Shown here piece after piece: positions 1-10,284 of a stretch of 64,000 nucleotides of DNA. The notes under the pieces are model-generated. The model was given only the letters and a program-made list of their open reading frames with translations, did no database searches and was not told where the DNA came from. Source of the stretch: Nitrospirota bacterium (GTDB lineage: Bacteria; Nitrospirota; Thermodesulfovibrionia; Thermodesulfovibrionales; Dissulfurispiraceae). Each line of letters begins with the position of its first letter. Within the stretch, counting starts at the first letter, position 1. A program made the position numbers and the translations under genes. Where the stretch lies: assembly GCA_963790025.1 (NCBI GenBank), contig CAWBMP010000004.1, positions 1,056,001 to 1,120,000 of the forward strand. Reading direction: 5' to 3'.

Positions 1-885
1 GCTGCAAATACCTCGTTCGCCGATTTCCCGAGACTCTCATCCATAATGGCAACCGACCGTTTCCTGCCCCGGCAGCTCAGTAACCGCGGGGACAGGCTTG
101 TTTTCTCCAATGGCATACTGCTACTCGGGTTTTTCTCCGCTCTGCTTCTGGTGATCTTTTCAGGCGATACTCATGCGTTGATTCCCCTTTACGCTGTTGG
201 TGTTTTCACGGCTTTTACACTTTCTCAGGCAGGCATGGTGAAGCACTGGATTAAATATAAGGGAACAGGCTGGAAAAGAAGCATCATGATAAATGGCCTT
301 GGAACAGTTACAACCGCAATAGTCCTTGTAATTATCGCGGTTGAAAAATTCACACACGGGGCATGGATAGTGCTTGTGGCAATCCCCAGTCTGGTTGTTT
401 TAATGAATAAAGTCCAAAGCCATTACAAGTCTGTTGCCAAACAGCTCTCGGTCACTTCCTGTGAAATTGAGCAGCAGGATTTCAAGCATCACTCTGTTAT
501 AATTCCCATATCAGGAATCCAGCAGGCGGTCATCAGCGCCGTAAAATACGCAAAAGCCCTTTCGAATGACGTAGTAGCCCTCTACGTGTGTCTTGACCCA
601 GCAGAAACTATAAATTTAAAGGCAAAATGGAACCAGTACTGTATGGGGGTAAAACTCATTATTCTTGAGTCACCTTACCGATCGATTAGGGAGCCGCTTC
701 TTGAATACATTGATGAAGTACAGAACGTCTACAAGGATGGAGTCATCACAGTGGTCCTTCCGGAGTTTGTACCTTCAAAGTGGTGGCACCACCTGCTCCA
801 TAACCAGACAGCGCTTCTGATTAAAGGCATTTTGCTGTTCAAAAAAGGAACGGTTTCGACGAGCGTGCCATTCCACCTGAGTTAG
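1..885 (+). CDS. APC-family transporter (KimA/YdaO-like K+ or amino-acid permease), 5'-truncated by window edge
   Basis: Frame open from base 1 (AANTSFADFPRL...); motifs RGDRLVFSNG, LIPLYAVGVFTAFTLSQAGMV, SPYRSI, LPEFVP..WWHHLLHNQ. Confidence 0.85.
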   Translation, partial: AANTSFADFPRLSSIMATDRFLPRQLSNRGDRLVFSNGILLLGFFSALLLVIFSGDTHALIPLYAVGVFTAFTLSQAGMVKHWIKYKGTGWKRSIMINGLGTVTTAIVLVIIAVEKFTHGAWIVLVAIPSLVVLMNKVQSHYKSVAKQLSVTSCEIEQQDFKHHSVIIPISGIQQAVISAVKYAKALSNDVVALYVCLDPAETINLKAKWNQYCMGVKLIILESPYRSIREPLLEYIDEVQNVYKDGVITVVLPEFVPSKWWHHLLHNQTALLIKGILLFKKGTVSTSVPFHLS

Positions 886-915
886 TGAACGGAAAGCTTG
901 ACGAAAAAGTGATGT

Positions 916-2730
916 TTGGCAAATATTAAATATATGGCGGATGAAGCATATAAAATCCTTCCCCCGTTAAGAAAGAAAATATACCGCCATTATCTTGCAA
1001 TAGTTGCACTGTTCGGTATTTTCGGTGTTTTTTTTCTGTTATCCTCTGTGTTTATCGCGACAGGACTTACCCCCACAATAATACATGCCAATTATGACTC
1101 TATAGAAGCAGCCAGAACAATGCAGCAAGCCTGGACTGCACTTAATTTTCCAGGTACTTATCCGGATATGACAAATAAACAATGGACTGATCAATTCAAG
1201 AAGGCGCTGAATTTTGAAATGAATAATATTACCGAACCCGGAGAGGACAGGATCGCAAAAGAAATCAAAAGCATCTGGGACCAATGGGAAAAAGGATCGC
1301 GTTCCGCCGAGTTCACCCGTGAGATGAATGTTCAACTTGAAACCCTAACCAAGATCAATGAAAAAGGGATGTTTAGCTTGGTCAGAAAAGCGAGCAATGT
1401 GCGGCGTGCGGTTGTGGTTGGTGTTGCAATCTTCTTCACTTTAAGCCTCTTTTTAACGCTACTGATTGTGGATTCTCTGTCCAGCAGACTTGCAAAGCCG
1501 CTTAAAGAAATTGCGGAGGTGCTTCGGTCAAAACCAACCCCTGGTCAAAAACTCAAACTGCCTGAGCCTACAAGCCTCGAGCTTCGTATCCTCACTGAAG
1601 AATTTTTACTGCTGTGGGAACGAGTAAGTCAGGCAGACCAAATGAACATTGAAAGGATACTGAGGCAGCGAAACCAGCTTGAGACCCTTCTGTCCTCCGT
1701 GGAAGATGCCGTCATAGCCCTGGACAGCTGGTTTCGGGTCACCCATGTAAATCATCGAATGGCGCAGCTCATCGGCATTGACACTGCCAGGATTGTCGGA
1801 TACTTGTGGAATGATTTGCCCACTGTTTCAGAAAATTACTTCAAGCTCAGAGAAGTGCTGCGCGAGCGAGGCACATCAGGGACATTAATTTTTGATCTCA
1901 AGGCAGACAGCGGTGACCCAAGGAGTTTTGAGGCACGTTTCAAAGAAGTTTTTTCTACTTCCGGAGAACTTATTTCCACTATATTTCTACTTCATGACGT
2001 GACAGAAGCCCGTCAAAGAGAACGGCTTAAAACTGAGTTTATCGGGGTTCTTTCACATGAGCTCAAAACACCGCTTCAATCTCTCGGAACAGCCGTCGAG
2101 CTTGTAGTGCAGAAAAAAAAGGAGCTCGATGAGCGAACACAATTTCTCTTTGACATAATCCAGAGTGATGTAACTAGGATCCGTTCTGTGGCCAACCAGT
2201 TTGTTCAGGCAGATTATGTACCGGGAGCGGCGATTCATATTCATCCTGAAGCTGTCAAACTGGATGACTTATTTCCAGAATGGCTCAGGCCCCTCGAATT
2301 ACTCGCGGCAGAACGGCAGATAGAATTATGCTTTGAAAAAGAGACAGCAGGAGATGTATGGGCAGAAATCGACCCGGCTAAATTCCCCTGGGTCATTTCA
2401 AATCTTGTTACGAATTCCATCCGAGTTTCCCCTGAGGGCTCGAAGGTTACAATTATTCTAACCGATCGTAACGGATATACAGAAATCAGGGTAACGAATA
2501 GCGGGCCTAAAATACCGGATGAAGTGCAGAGGAGAATGTTCGACCCCTATTTTAAGGGACCTTTGATAAATTCCGGTGCCGACCTTAAAACTTCGGGTTA
2601 CCTTGGACTCGGATTGACTATTGTAAAAGAAATGACCGAGGCCCACGGTGGTCGAGTCGAGTATGAATCCATCGAACCTAAAGGTTCCTGCTTCCGCGTG
2701 CTTCTGCCACGGAATGCAAGTGAAAAGTGA
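916..2730 (+). CDS. Membrane sensor histidine kinase (periplasmic domain, HAMP-like linker, PAS, HisKA, HATPase); KinB/KdpD-C-like
   Basis: Two TM segments, SHELKTPL H-box, NLVTNS N-box, GLGLTIVK G-box; ATG at 934 is an alternative start. Confidence 0.9.
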   Translation: MANIKYMADEAYKILPPLRKKIYRHYLAIVALFGIFGVFFLLSSVFIATGLTPTIIHANYDSIEAARTMQQAWTALNFPGTYPDMTNKQWTDQFKKALNFEMNNITEPGEDRIAKEIKSIWDQWEKGSRSAEFTREMNVQLETLTKINEKGMFSLVRKASNVRRAVVVGVAIFFTLSLFLTLLIVDSLSSRLAKPLKEIAEVLRSKPTPGQKLKLPEPTSLELRILTEEFLLLWERVSQADQMNIERILRQRNQLETLLSSVEDAVIALDSWFRVTHVNHRMAQLIGIDTARIVGYLWNDLPTVSENYFKLREVLRERGTSGTLIFDLKADSGDPRSFEARFKEVFSTSGELISTIFLLHDVTEARQRERLKTEFIGVLSHELKTPLQSLGTAVELVVQKKKELDERTQFLFDIIQSDVTRIRSVANQFVQADYVPGAAIHIHPEAVKLDDLFPEWLRPLELLAAERQIELCFEKETAGDVWAEIDPAKFPWVISNLVTNSIRVSPEGSKVTIILTDRNGYTEIRVTNSGPKIPDEVQRRMFDPYFKGPLINSGADLKTSGYLGLGLTIVKEMTEAHGGRVEYESIEPKGSCFRVLLPRNASEK

Positions 2731-2864
2731 AAGCAAACAGGTGAAAAGAAAAAAGCTTCGTATGCCTGGACAAATGCTGTGGGTACATAAATGCTGTTCA
2801 TGACAGATTATGTTGCCTTAAACTTTCGCTAACGAAATGTTGCTGTCTCTCTTGAGCTGCTTTA

Positions 2865-3716
2865 CTACTGTTTTATATACTCCCGCATGTCGATGAGATT
2901 CCTTTCCAGAATGTAATAAACGTGGTCTCCGTGTATAATCGTTTGCCTGACAGCAGGCCCAAGATACGCATCTGCATCGGCTTTTCTATCTGCTTTAATT
3001 TGTAAAATTACCTCATCATCCAGGCTTAGCCACTTGACAAACCCCAGTTCTTCAGCAATAGACTTTTCCCCTATCTTATCAACAAGTTTAACGAAACGCT
3101 CACCGTTGACCGCTTCCCTGGATCTATCAGCCAGTAGCTCACTTTCAGCTCTCTCATTACTTAACTTCTCAATTTGTTCCCGGAGTGAGTCATTCTGCTT
3201 CTGCTTTTCTGTTGCTTCGGAGGATTTCTGCTCCATTTCACCCTGCAGGACTTCAAGCCGCTTTTGGGACCCCTCGGCTTCGGCTGTAAGCACCTTCACT
3301 TTAGCCTCGATTGCAATCCTAGTATCAGTCTCTTTTTTAAGCTGGGCTTGCAAGCCATCGTGTTTTTTTTCCGTCGAAATAAGATTTTGAGTTTCAGCTT
3401 TTAAAGACGCAGCCTTTTGAATTGCCATCTTCTCAACTGGATCACAGGCAACCTTCTCAGCGGTCACAAGACAACCGCCTATCACTTCTCCGACTCCGGC
3501 TGTTCTTGTCTCCCCATCGTCGCCGACTAGCAGCACGGTATCACCACTCTGGCCTTGCACCTCCCACTTAACATGCCCAATCATTTCTTGATCCAAAAGC
3601 GTTCCGGTTCCATTAGGAGTCCGCATAGGGAAAGATGGCAGGACATCGGATAGACTTCCCCCATAGGCAGTGGTTGCCAATACCATCAGAAGCATCAGTG
3701 TTATGAATGTTTTCAT
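2865..3716 (-). CDS. Secreted protein with a PilP/GspC-like beta segment and a long coiled coil
   Basis: Signal peptide MKTFITLMLLMVLATTAYG; VLLVGDDGETRTAGVGEVIG resembles the PilP/GspC beta domain; E/K/Q-rich heptads; last gene of the pil cluster. Confidence 0.5.
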   Translation of the reverse strand: MKTFITLMLLMVLATTAYGGSLSDVLPSFPMRTPNGTGTLLDQEMIGHVKWEVQGQSGDTVLLVGDDGETRTAGVGEVIGGCLVTAEKVACDPVEKMAIQKAASLKAETQNLISTEKKHDGLQAQLKKETDTRIAIEAKVKVLTAEAEGSQKRLEVLQGEMEQKSSEATEKQKQNDSLREQIEKLSNERAESELLADRSREAVNGERFVKLVDKIGEKSIAEELGFVKWLSLDDEVILQIKADRKADADAYLGPAVRQTIIHGDHVYYILERNLIDMREYIKQ

Positions 3717-4024
3717 TGAGTTCCAACTGCTCCGGAGAAGTCGCCATTTGCAATATTACGAAAAGTCTTAGTGAGATTAATTGGCGGTATTATTTTCCCC
3801 GACGCCTCCTGGTATATCAACTCTGTCATCACTCCAACAGCACGTGATTGCTCTTCATCGAGCACATAGGAATAGCACTTTTTCAGGGCAATATTCAGGT
3901 CGTCTACTTTGGCTATATGGAATATTGTCTTCAGCCACCCCAGCACATCGCCAATTTTTATCTCCATATTAAAAAACTTTTCAGAGTTTATCTCAATACT
4001 TTTAGAATGGTCTTCTCCTGTCAT
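3713..4024 (-). CDS. Hypothetical protein in the pil operon
   Basis: AGGAGAG RBS; 4-bp overlap with the downstream gene. Confidence 0.6.
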   Translation of the reverse strand: MTGEDHSKSIEINSEKFFNMEIKIGDVLGWLKTIFHIAKVDDLNIALKKCYSYVLDEEQSRAVGVMTELIYQEASGKIIPPINLTKTFRNIANGDFSGAVGTQ

Positions 4025-4036
4025 TGCTCTCTCCTT

Positions 4037-5263
4037 TTACTTGTCTTCTTTAATCATCATAGAGGCTATTACCTCTCTCTTGTCGTCCTCTGTTATCGTT
4101 TTTTTCTTCACAAGGTCAGATATGTATTGCGAAAAGGTAATCGATGATTGCCCCATGTTTTTTTCCGTGACGAACCTCCTTTTTATTTCTTTCATGCCGT
4201 TTTCGAGGCATATCTTTTCTTTTATTATTTCGTCCGGCGTAAATATTTCATAGATGGGAATGATATTACCTGCAATGGTCAGATACAGATAGTGGGACAC
4301 AATGGCACGCAGGCTCCTAGCGAGCAGGTTCTTGGCATCCCCCATTACCGCCATCATTATAGACAGCGCCTCCAATGCGTCCTTGGCATGCAGGGTGGCC
4401 AATGTCAGATGTCCCCTGCTGGCGGTATCGATCAACTCGCGTATCTCATCTTCGGTCTTCACTTCCGAAAACATGACTACAGATGGGGCCTTCCGTAAAA
4501 GATTATACTTTGCCGTCTGAAACATCGTCATGTTATCCTGCTCTCTTATATGTACTCCCAGTTCCCGCTGCTCCACCAGTGCCCTTGTCTGTATAAACCG
4601 ATATTCGATCGGGTTTTCGTACGTGAGTATGATTCCATCAATCCTCATGGCCATATACATTATTTCGCTTGCTATTGCAGTTGTTTTCCCGCTTCCAGTC
4701 GGGCCTATATGGAGGATAAGCCCTCCGCTATTGATTTGCCCTACCTTGTATAACGGACCATTGTCATTAGGCATTGTCCTCTCTCTTATCAGGGACTGAA
4801 ACCACCTCCTGTAAAAGAGCGGATACTGCAGCCCCTCGAACTCGGGGATCTCGAAGTCAAGATACCTGATACTGAGACCTACCCCCATTTCACATCTGGA
4901 GTAGTTGATCCGCAATATACCTATGCCGTATACGGCAACGGAAAAGTCTATTGAGGACATGCTGTCTATATCGTTGGGGCCTTTCCCCAATAAGTTGTAA
5001 ACGAGGCGGTTGATATCATCTTCGGAAGGCTGGACAATCCTGCCGTCAATTTCGACCATGACCTTAGGAAGGGGCGTCACTACTTCTATCGGCTGGGATT
5101 CCCTTATCACAATATCGGTGATCCTCCGGCGCTGCTTCAACGCTACTATCTCGCTAATAAACCTGGCAAACCATTTGTGTTCCCCCAGTTTGTGCTCAAG
5201 TTCCTCTATCGCCTTGTCCGGATCCCTGTGGTTAAAACCGAAATGAAGCTTGTTATTAGTCAC
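4037..5263 (-). CDS. pilT: Divergent PilT/PilU-family retraction ATPase
   Basis: DFSVA..G.LRINY N-domain motif, Walker A GPTGSGKTT, TYENPIEY, GHLTLATLHA His box. Confidence 0.8.
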   Translation of the reverse strand: MTNNKLHFGFNHRDPDKAIEELEHKLGEHKWFARFISEIVALKQRRRITDIVIRESQPIEVVTPLPKVMVEIDGRIVQPSEDDINRLVYNLLGKGPNDIDSMSSIDFSVAVYGIGILRINYSRCEMGVGLSIRYLDFEIPEFEGLQYPLFYRRWFQSLIRERTMPNDNGPLYKVGQINSGGLILHIGPTGSGKTTAIASEIMYMAMRIDGIILTYENPIEYRFIQTRALVEQRELGVHIREQDNMTMFQTAKYNLLRKAPSVVMFSEVKTEDEIRELIDTASRGHLTLATLHAKDALEALSIMMAVMGDAKNLLARSLRAIVSHYLYLTIAGNIIPIYEIFTPDEIIKEKICLENGMKEIKRRFVTEKNMGQSSITFSQYISDLVKKKTITEDDKREVIASMMIKEDK

Positions 5264-5287
5264 CCGTATTTCTCCATTTAAAACGCG

Positions 5288-7171
5288 CTATATTTCACCA
5301 ACGCGCGATTTTTCGACCAGACCGTCTTTGAGCCTCTCAAGAAATATTATTTTCTTTGTCTTGCCGAGATCATTTTTTAGAACTTCATTCTTGATATCAG
5401 TTGGATTTACGGTCTTATTGACAACCTCGCTTATGAATTCCTGCGTGGGTATAAAATAATCGTAAATTACTGTCCTGCCCTTGTATCCCGCGTGGCACTT
5501 CCCACAGCCCTTCTTATTTCTCTTAAATCCCCGGCATGTAAAAGCGATTAACTCATCTTTTTCAATTTTGGAGAGCGCGTTCAGGTACTTCACGTCGTGT
5601 TGTGTGAATCCGATTTCGTTTTCTTCCTTGCAGTGTTCACAGAGCCTCGGAAGTAGGAGCTGGTTTAAAGACAGGAATATCAGCCTCGCAGATACATGCT
5701 TCGGCACATGGAACATCTCCTCGATCGCACTATAGATCTCGAAGGAACTCTTGATGTGCAGCGTGGTGAATATCAATTGACCGGCGTTTGACTGCTCTAT
5801 CATAGCCTCTGTCAGCCCTTCTGTTTTTCTCCATTCCCCGATAAACACTACATCATAATCGCCGCGCTTGAATGACTTTATATATTGCTCGAATCCCATC
5901 TTCTTCTTGTCCTCATCATTTGGAGGCTCAAATATCTGGTGTTGAATGATATTAGGTCTGTCTAAAATACATTCTATCGGGTCCTCGACAGTCCCTATTT
6001 TCTTTGTGGGGTCCAATGCCGGCAGTATGTTCAGTACTGTCGTGGACTTACCTGAATTCACCACCCCGCTTATAACGCCAACGCCGAATTTGCGGTGTGT
6101 TGCGGCTTCAACCGAGACGGCGTCCGACTCTAAAAAACCCAAATTCAATAGGTTGCTCTTCATGTTTGAAGATATCGGAAGTGCCCTTTGGGAAAGGATT
6201 CTGATCGTTGTATCCATATGCTCAGTCAGACGTCCGTCGGGAACAAGCTCAAGCCTCAAGCCCACACCCATATCCTCCAACTCGATTTTTGCCGCCTGAG
6301 AGACCCTCGTTTCGTCCGGGTTGAAGCCACCCTTGGTGAAGTCGTTCGCATTTGTTCTGAGCAACGATGTAAACTGCAGTCCTTGTTCCAGGTTCATATA
6401 AAAATCTTTCATCTCAATAAACCTGCCGTCTATCCGGAAAAATACCCGGTAACGATCTTTCTTTGGCACAATATGTATGTCCGAAGCATTGTGCCGCCGG
6501 GCTTCTTCTACCATGTCCCTAAGCGAAAAATTAACAATGTCGTTTTTTTCTTCTGTCTTAGGTGGCGCCGTTTCCAATGAAAGATTTATGCACTTATCAT
6601 AAGGCACAAGTATCTGAATATCCACCGTGTTCCGAGGGTAGTACACCGGGGTCACCATTATCCGGCTTTCGCCCTCTTTGCAGAAATATATGCGCCCGCC
6701 GCTTAGTAATATCTCTTTGTCTTCGTAGTCGACTATTATTTTATCGCGACCCAGGGCCTTGATAATATTTCTTAATACCTCACAACTCTCCTGGAAAGTC
6801 ATAACGCCGAGGTCGTTCAGCGTCTTGATTATGTGCCGGTCCTTGGCGTCAGCTTTTTTGAGTACCGCGTCGTGGTATTTGTCTTCCCCAACCTTCTCGA
6901 TAATCCCATTCATAAAATGCTTGTAAAAATCGTCCCTTACCTTCTCGCCGCCACGTTTGCCTTTGTGAAGTTCATCTACTGCCCTCTTGACTGCTTCAAG
7001 AGGGCAGTACCCTTGTTCAACTATTATTTCCCCGATTAACTTCCTCGTACCATCGTCCTTCAACTGACGCTGTGTCTTAATGGCATTATCAAGCTGTTCC
7101 TGCGTAATAATGTTGTCGCGGACAAGTATCCGCCCTGTTATAAGTAATTGTGAACCAGCCTGTTTTACCAT
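5288..7171 (-). CDS. pilB: PilB/GspE-family assembly ATPase with N-terminal MshEN-like motif
   Basis: ASDIHIVP, RIDG, Walker A GVVNSGKST, TVEDPIE, TTLH, CEHC...CGKC Zn motif, GYKGRT. Confidence 0.88.
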   Translation of the reverse strand: MVKQAGSQLLITGRILVRDNIITQEQLDNAIKTQRQLKDDGTRKLIGEIIVEQGYCPLEAVKRAVDELHKGKRGGEKVRDDFYKHFMNGIIEKVGEDKYHDAVLKKADAKDRHIIKTLNDLGVMTFQESCEVLRNIIKALGRDKIIVDYEDKEILLSGGRIYFCKEGESRIMVTPVYYPRNTVDIQILVPYDKCINLSLETAPPKTEEKNDIVNFSLRDMVEEARRHNASDIHIVPKKDRYRVFFRIDGRFIEMKDFYMNLEQGLQFTSLLRTNANDFTKGGFNPDETRVSQAAKIELEDMGVGLRLELVPDGRLTEHMDTTIRILSQRALPISSNMKSNLLNLGFLESDAVSVEAATHRKFGVGVISGVVNSGKSTTVLNILPALDPTKKIGTVEDPIECILDRPNIIQHQIFEPPNDEDKKKMGFEQYIKSFKRGDYDVVFIGEWRKTEGLTEAMIEQSNAGQLIFTTLHIKSSFEIYSAIEEMFHVPKHVSARLIFLSLNQLLLPRLCEHCKEENEIGFTQHDVKYLNALSKIEKDELIAFTCRGFKRNKKGCGKCHAGYKGRTVIYDYFIPTQEFISEVVNKTVNPTDIKNEVLKNDLGKTKKIIFLERLKDGLVEKSRVGEI

Positions 7172-7216
7172 TTGATGCTCCTTTGCACGTCAAAATCTCA
7201 CAACATCAGCACACTT

Positions 7217-7738
7217 TCAATTGTTGATAACGATATCCGCATATGCGCATGGGTCAGTCGACCCGCCTTCGGTCTGGACCGAATGAGTGGGCAGATTATT
7301 CAGATTGTAGTTGTATCCTGTCAGATCGCTATGCACACTCTTAAGCAGGTGTGTACCGTATGCTGCGGCCCCCGCACAGGAAAAACTATTACTTGATGGG
7401 GCATTCAGAATGCTGTTTAAGCTGCCATTATTACCGTTATTGAGCAGAAATGCCCATGTCAGGCTCGTATTTATGGCAGAACAGTTGTTGGTTTTCGCCA
7501 TAAAGTACGTTGACCTGCATATCTCCACGAGCGACTGTTCTATATTCACCAGCTTATAATTTTTCATGCGTGCAGCGGTGGCAGCATTCATGCCCGCCTG
7601 ATTGTCATAAAATAGCGACTCGGGTGCCAAGCTGTCGACCACAGCGGAGGTGTCGTAATTGGAAGGGCTTACGAGACCATTGCCCATCAAGGCCAAGACG
7701 GCCAGTAATGAAACAAGAACAATCATCAGTAGCTGCAT
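7217..7738 (-). CDS. Pilin-like/PilM-like membrane-anchored protein
   Basis: N-terminal hydrophobic helix without leader, Cys-containing globular part, sits between major pilin and ATPase. Confidence 0.5.
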   Translation of the reverse strand: MQLLMIVLVSLLAVLALMGNGLVSPSNYDTSAVVDSLAPESLFYDNQAGMNAATAARMKNYKLVNIEQSLVEICRSTYFMAKTNNCSAINTSLTWAFLLNNGNNGSLNSILNAPSSNSFSCAGAAAYGTHLLKSVHSDLTGYNYNLNNLPTHSVQTEGGSTDPCAYADIVINN

Positions 7739-7775
7739 CTATTCTCCTCTGTTAGGCGTTTCAGATTAATCGGTT

Positions 7776-8282
7776 TTAACTGCAATTAACTGCCGGCACT
7801 GTCACAGTGAGCCCTGTCTGGCTGACAGACCCAGTCGCAATAGCAGCGTTTGATACCGAATTTAATATTTTGTCGCGCAACATATTCATGGCATCGGTAG
7901 ATGGCGAATTGGGTTCGTTAACTACTATAGTGATAGTGTTGCCATTCCCACTGGGGCATGTATAAGTCCAGTTGCCAACATCAGGCGAATTCGTGCCGAT
8001 ATACGGAACCACTGTCGCTATGCCTGTAATAGCTGCGGCAGTGGCCTGTGCCGGAAACGCGCCGCCCCTCGAATTCTGAGCTTGTTGAAGCCCTGCCCAT
8101 ACGCTGCTAAAAGTGTCGAATGTTGTTCCCGCAAACGCGGCCGGCGCAATTCTGTAATGGTAGGCTGCAAAAGAGCCGCCCACCACGGCCGCCACAAGCC
8201 CCATAGTCAGGGCAAACTCGATAAGGTTATACCCCATTTGATTCCTTAAAACATTTACCAACTTACTTAATTCTGTTTTCAT
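7776..8282 (-). CDS. Type IV major pilin (prepilin)
   Basis: Start moved to ATG at 8282 after AGGAGA RBS; class III signal NQMG/YNLIEFALTMGLVAAVV with Glu5; C-terminal Cys pair. Confidence 0.8.
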   Translation of the reverse strand: MKTELSKLVNVLRNQMGYNLIEFALTMGLVAAVVGGSFAAYHYRIAPAAFAGTTFDTFSSVWAGLQQAQNSRGGAFPAQATAAAITGIATVVPYIGTNSPDVGNWTYTCPSGNGNTITIVVNEPNSPSTDAMNMLRDKILNSVSNAAIATGSVSQTGLTVTVPAVNCS

Positions 8283-8375
8283 CCCTGTTCTCCTTTCAGC
8301 TTTTGCAAGAGTTATTACCCATTCATATGGGATTTCGCTATACTTCATATTACCCGCGGGCCCCCGACCTGCCAC

Positions 8376-9161
8376 TTACCAGATGATATTGATCTGACCA
8401 TTTCCACCATTTCCACCTGGCCATCCGTCGAACCAGCCGCCACCGCCACCGCCTCCGTTGGTACCGTTTAAGGGGGGGAAACCATAACAATAACCATTAC
8501 CTCCGGTACCATAACTTCCGCCACCGCCACCGCCATATGATGGTGAGCCACCTGAAGAGTAGCTGTTTCCGCCACCGGCATATGACCCGCCGCCATTACC
8601 GCCTCCATAAAGAGTACCGATGCCAGAAACGCCTACGGTGTTCCCCACAGTAGCGGTTACTGTACCGTCAGTTGCGGACCCTCCGGCTCCTCCAGAAAAA
8701 TAATATGGCGGCCAGTTGTTCCAAGTGGGACCTGTTCCACCATTTGCGCGCAAAGTTCCGAAGGTTGTACTTCCCGCGTTGTAGCCATGAGAGCCAACGC
8801 TGTATGGAATCGAGTTACCTGAAGTAACATTTAAAAAATAGTATACAATTACGCCGCCACCACCTCCGCCGCCGCCACCGCACCCACCACAGGAATATTC
8901 GTTTGAGGATACTCCGTCACCGCCGGCGCCCCACATGGTGACCATGACCTGGCAAATCCCAGCAGGCACGGTCCAGTTGCCCGATTGACCGGCTGTCAAT
9001 GTTATATTTCCGTGGGAGCCGTTAGTGCAACTGCTGCTGCCGCCAATCCCCATGATGTAAACGTGGCTTGCCCCATAGGATGGATAGAATGACAGCATAA
9101 CTGCCAGCATCGAGACTGCCAAAACTGAAATTCGCCTGAATACACTCCTTTTTACCGGCAT
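8376..9161 (-). CDS. Secreted glycine-rich protein (Gly-rich domain, possible adhesin)
   Basis: Sec signal peptide; WTVPAGI..V.VTMWGAGG and many GGGGGG runs; ends GGNGQINIIW. Confidence 0.75.
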   Translation of the reverse strand: MPVKRSVFRRISVLAVSMLAVMLSFYPSYGASHVYIMGIGGSSSCTNGSHGNITLTAGQSGNWTVPAGICQVMVTMWGAGGDGVSSNEYSCGGCGGGGGGGGGVIVYYFLNVTSGNSIPYSVGSHGYNAGSTTFGTLRANGGTGPTWNNWPPYYFSGGAGGSATDGTVTATVGNTVGVSGIGTLYGGGNGGGSYAGGGNSYSSGGSPSYGGGGGGSYGTGGNGYCYGFPPLNGTNGGGGGGGWFDGWPGGNGGNGQINIIW

Positions 9162-9205
9162 AATCTGCTATGTGCACTCGTAAAGGCTGTCTTGCCTAAA
9201 CATGC

Positions 9206-10267
9206 TCAATGCCCCGCTCCCCCTTTGACCTGCGTGAGTGCACCGACAATAGTCATAAGGACATACACAACCAGCCCTACCGGCAGGATTGTAAGAACGG
9301 TAAGCAGTTTACTGAACGTGCCTGTAATGCCGCTCACAGTCTTTTCCACGTCCATCATCCTTTTAGCGACGATGGCCGAAATGGTTGTTTCTTCCCCGCT
9401 AGATTTGGACGAGGTTTTCAAAAGAGCAATTTCCACAGGGGTCAGATAATAAGAGAGCACCTTCGTCAACCCCTCTGAATTTTTCTCATGTGATTTCAGG
9501 ACGTATATTCTCTTATACAGCTTTTTGTCCTTCACCTTCTTAAAAAAGTCAATCGCATCCACAGACCCCAGCCCCAGGCCTACAAACGTCTTAATTATCA
9601 GCAAGTAGTTGGCCGATTTGACATACTTGTAAACTCTGTTCCAAACCGGCACTCTGTCAGGGAATCTGGCGAGAATAAAATGCACTAAGGCTATAGGGAT
9701 AAATGCGATAAAAAAGTAGCAACTCTTTATAAGAGCAATATTCGACAGATCCGCCTTTGGCATACTCTTGAAATTGTTATAAAAGGTGTTGACAGCCACA
9801 TAAGAAATAATCGCGACCATCACATACATAACGGTCGGCTCTATCAAGGCGCTATGCATTTTTGATTCAGCCTTATCAATTACTTGCTTCATGTTTACAT
9901 AATCGGACAATATTTCACTTGCTATCACCTGTTTACTTTCCGCACTTTTCAGTATGGCTATGATGTCTGCCGGAAGAATGTTTTTGTATGCAGCACTCGG
10001 CTTCTTCCCCTGAGACAGGAGCTTTATCGCACTCTCAAGATATACGTTGTCTTTCATGTCCTGGACAACATTCCGTAAAACGTCAAGCCTGGACAATCCG
10101 GATGTAATAATAGATATCTCGACACTATAGATCACTTCGATTGCCTCCTTCTTTTTGCCGACGGAGGCAATCTCGCGAAGCCATTCCCTCATTCCCGCAA
10201 TATCTATATTTACAAAACTAAACATATCGCTTAAATCATCGCACAACCCCATCAATTTTATTCTCAT
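9206..10267 (-). CDS. pilC: PilC/GspF-family inner-membrane platform protein (divergent)
   Basis: Two repeated soluble domains with TM helices, ILKSAE/ALIEP motifs, operon context; start set to ATG 10267. Confidence 0.65.
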   Translation of the reverse strand: MRIKLMGLCDDLSDMFSFVNIDIAGMREWLREIASVGKKKEAIEVIYSVEISIITSGLSRLDVLRNVVQDMKDNVYLESAIKLLSQGKKPSAAYKNILPADIIAILKSAESKQVIASEILSDYVNMKQVIDKAESKMHSALIEPTVMYVMVAIISYVAVNTFYNNFKSMPKADLSNIALIKSCYFFIAFIPIALVHFILARFPDRVPVWNRVYKYVKSANYLLIIKTFVGLGLGSVDAIDFFKKVKDKKLYKRIYVLKSHEKNSEGLTKVLSYYLTPVEIALLKTSSKSSGEETTISAIVAKRMMDVEKTVSGITGTFSKLLTVLTILPVGLVVYVLMTIVGALTQVKGGAGH

Positions 10268-10284
10268 TCCTGTTCCCCTTATAT

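Noticed and set aside
2731..2864. att site or tRNA at the island's left edge (and at 39345-39787 on the right)
   Set aside because: No tRNA-like fold and no shared direct repeat found by eye; an alignment is needed to exclude a short one.
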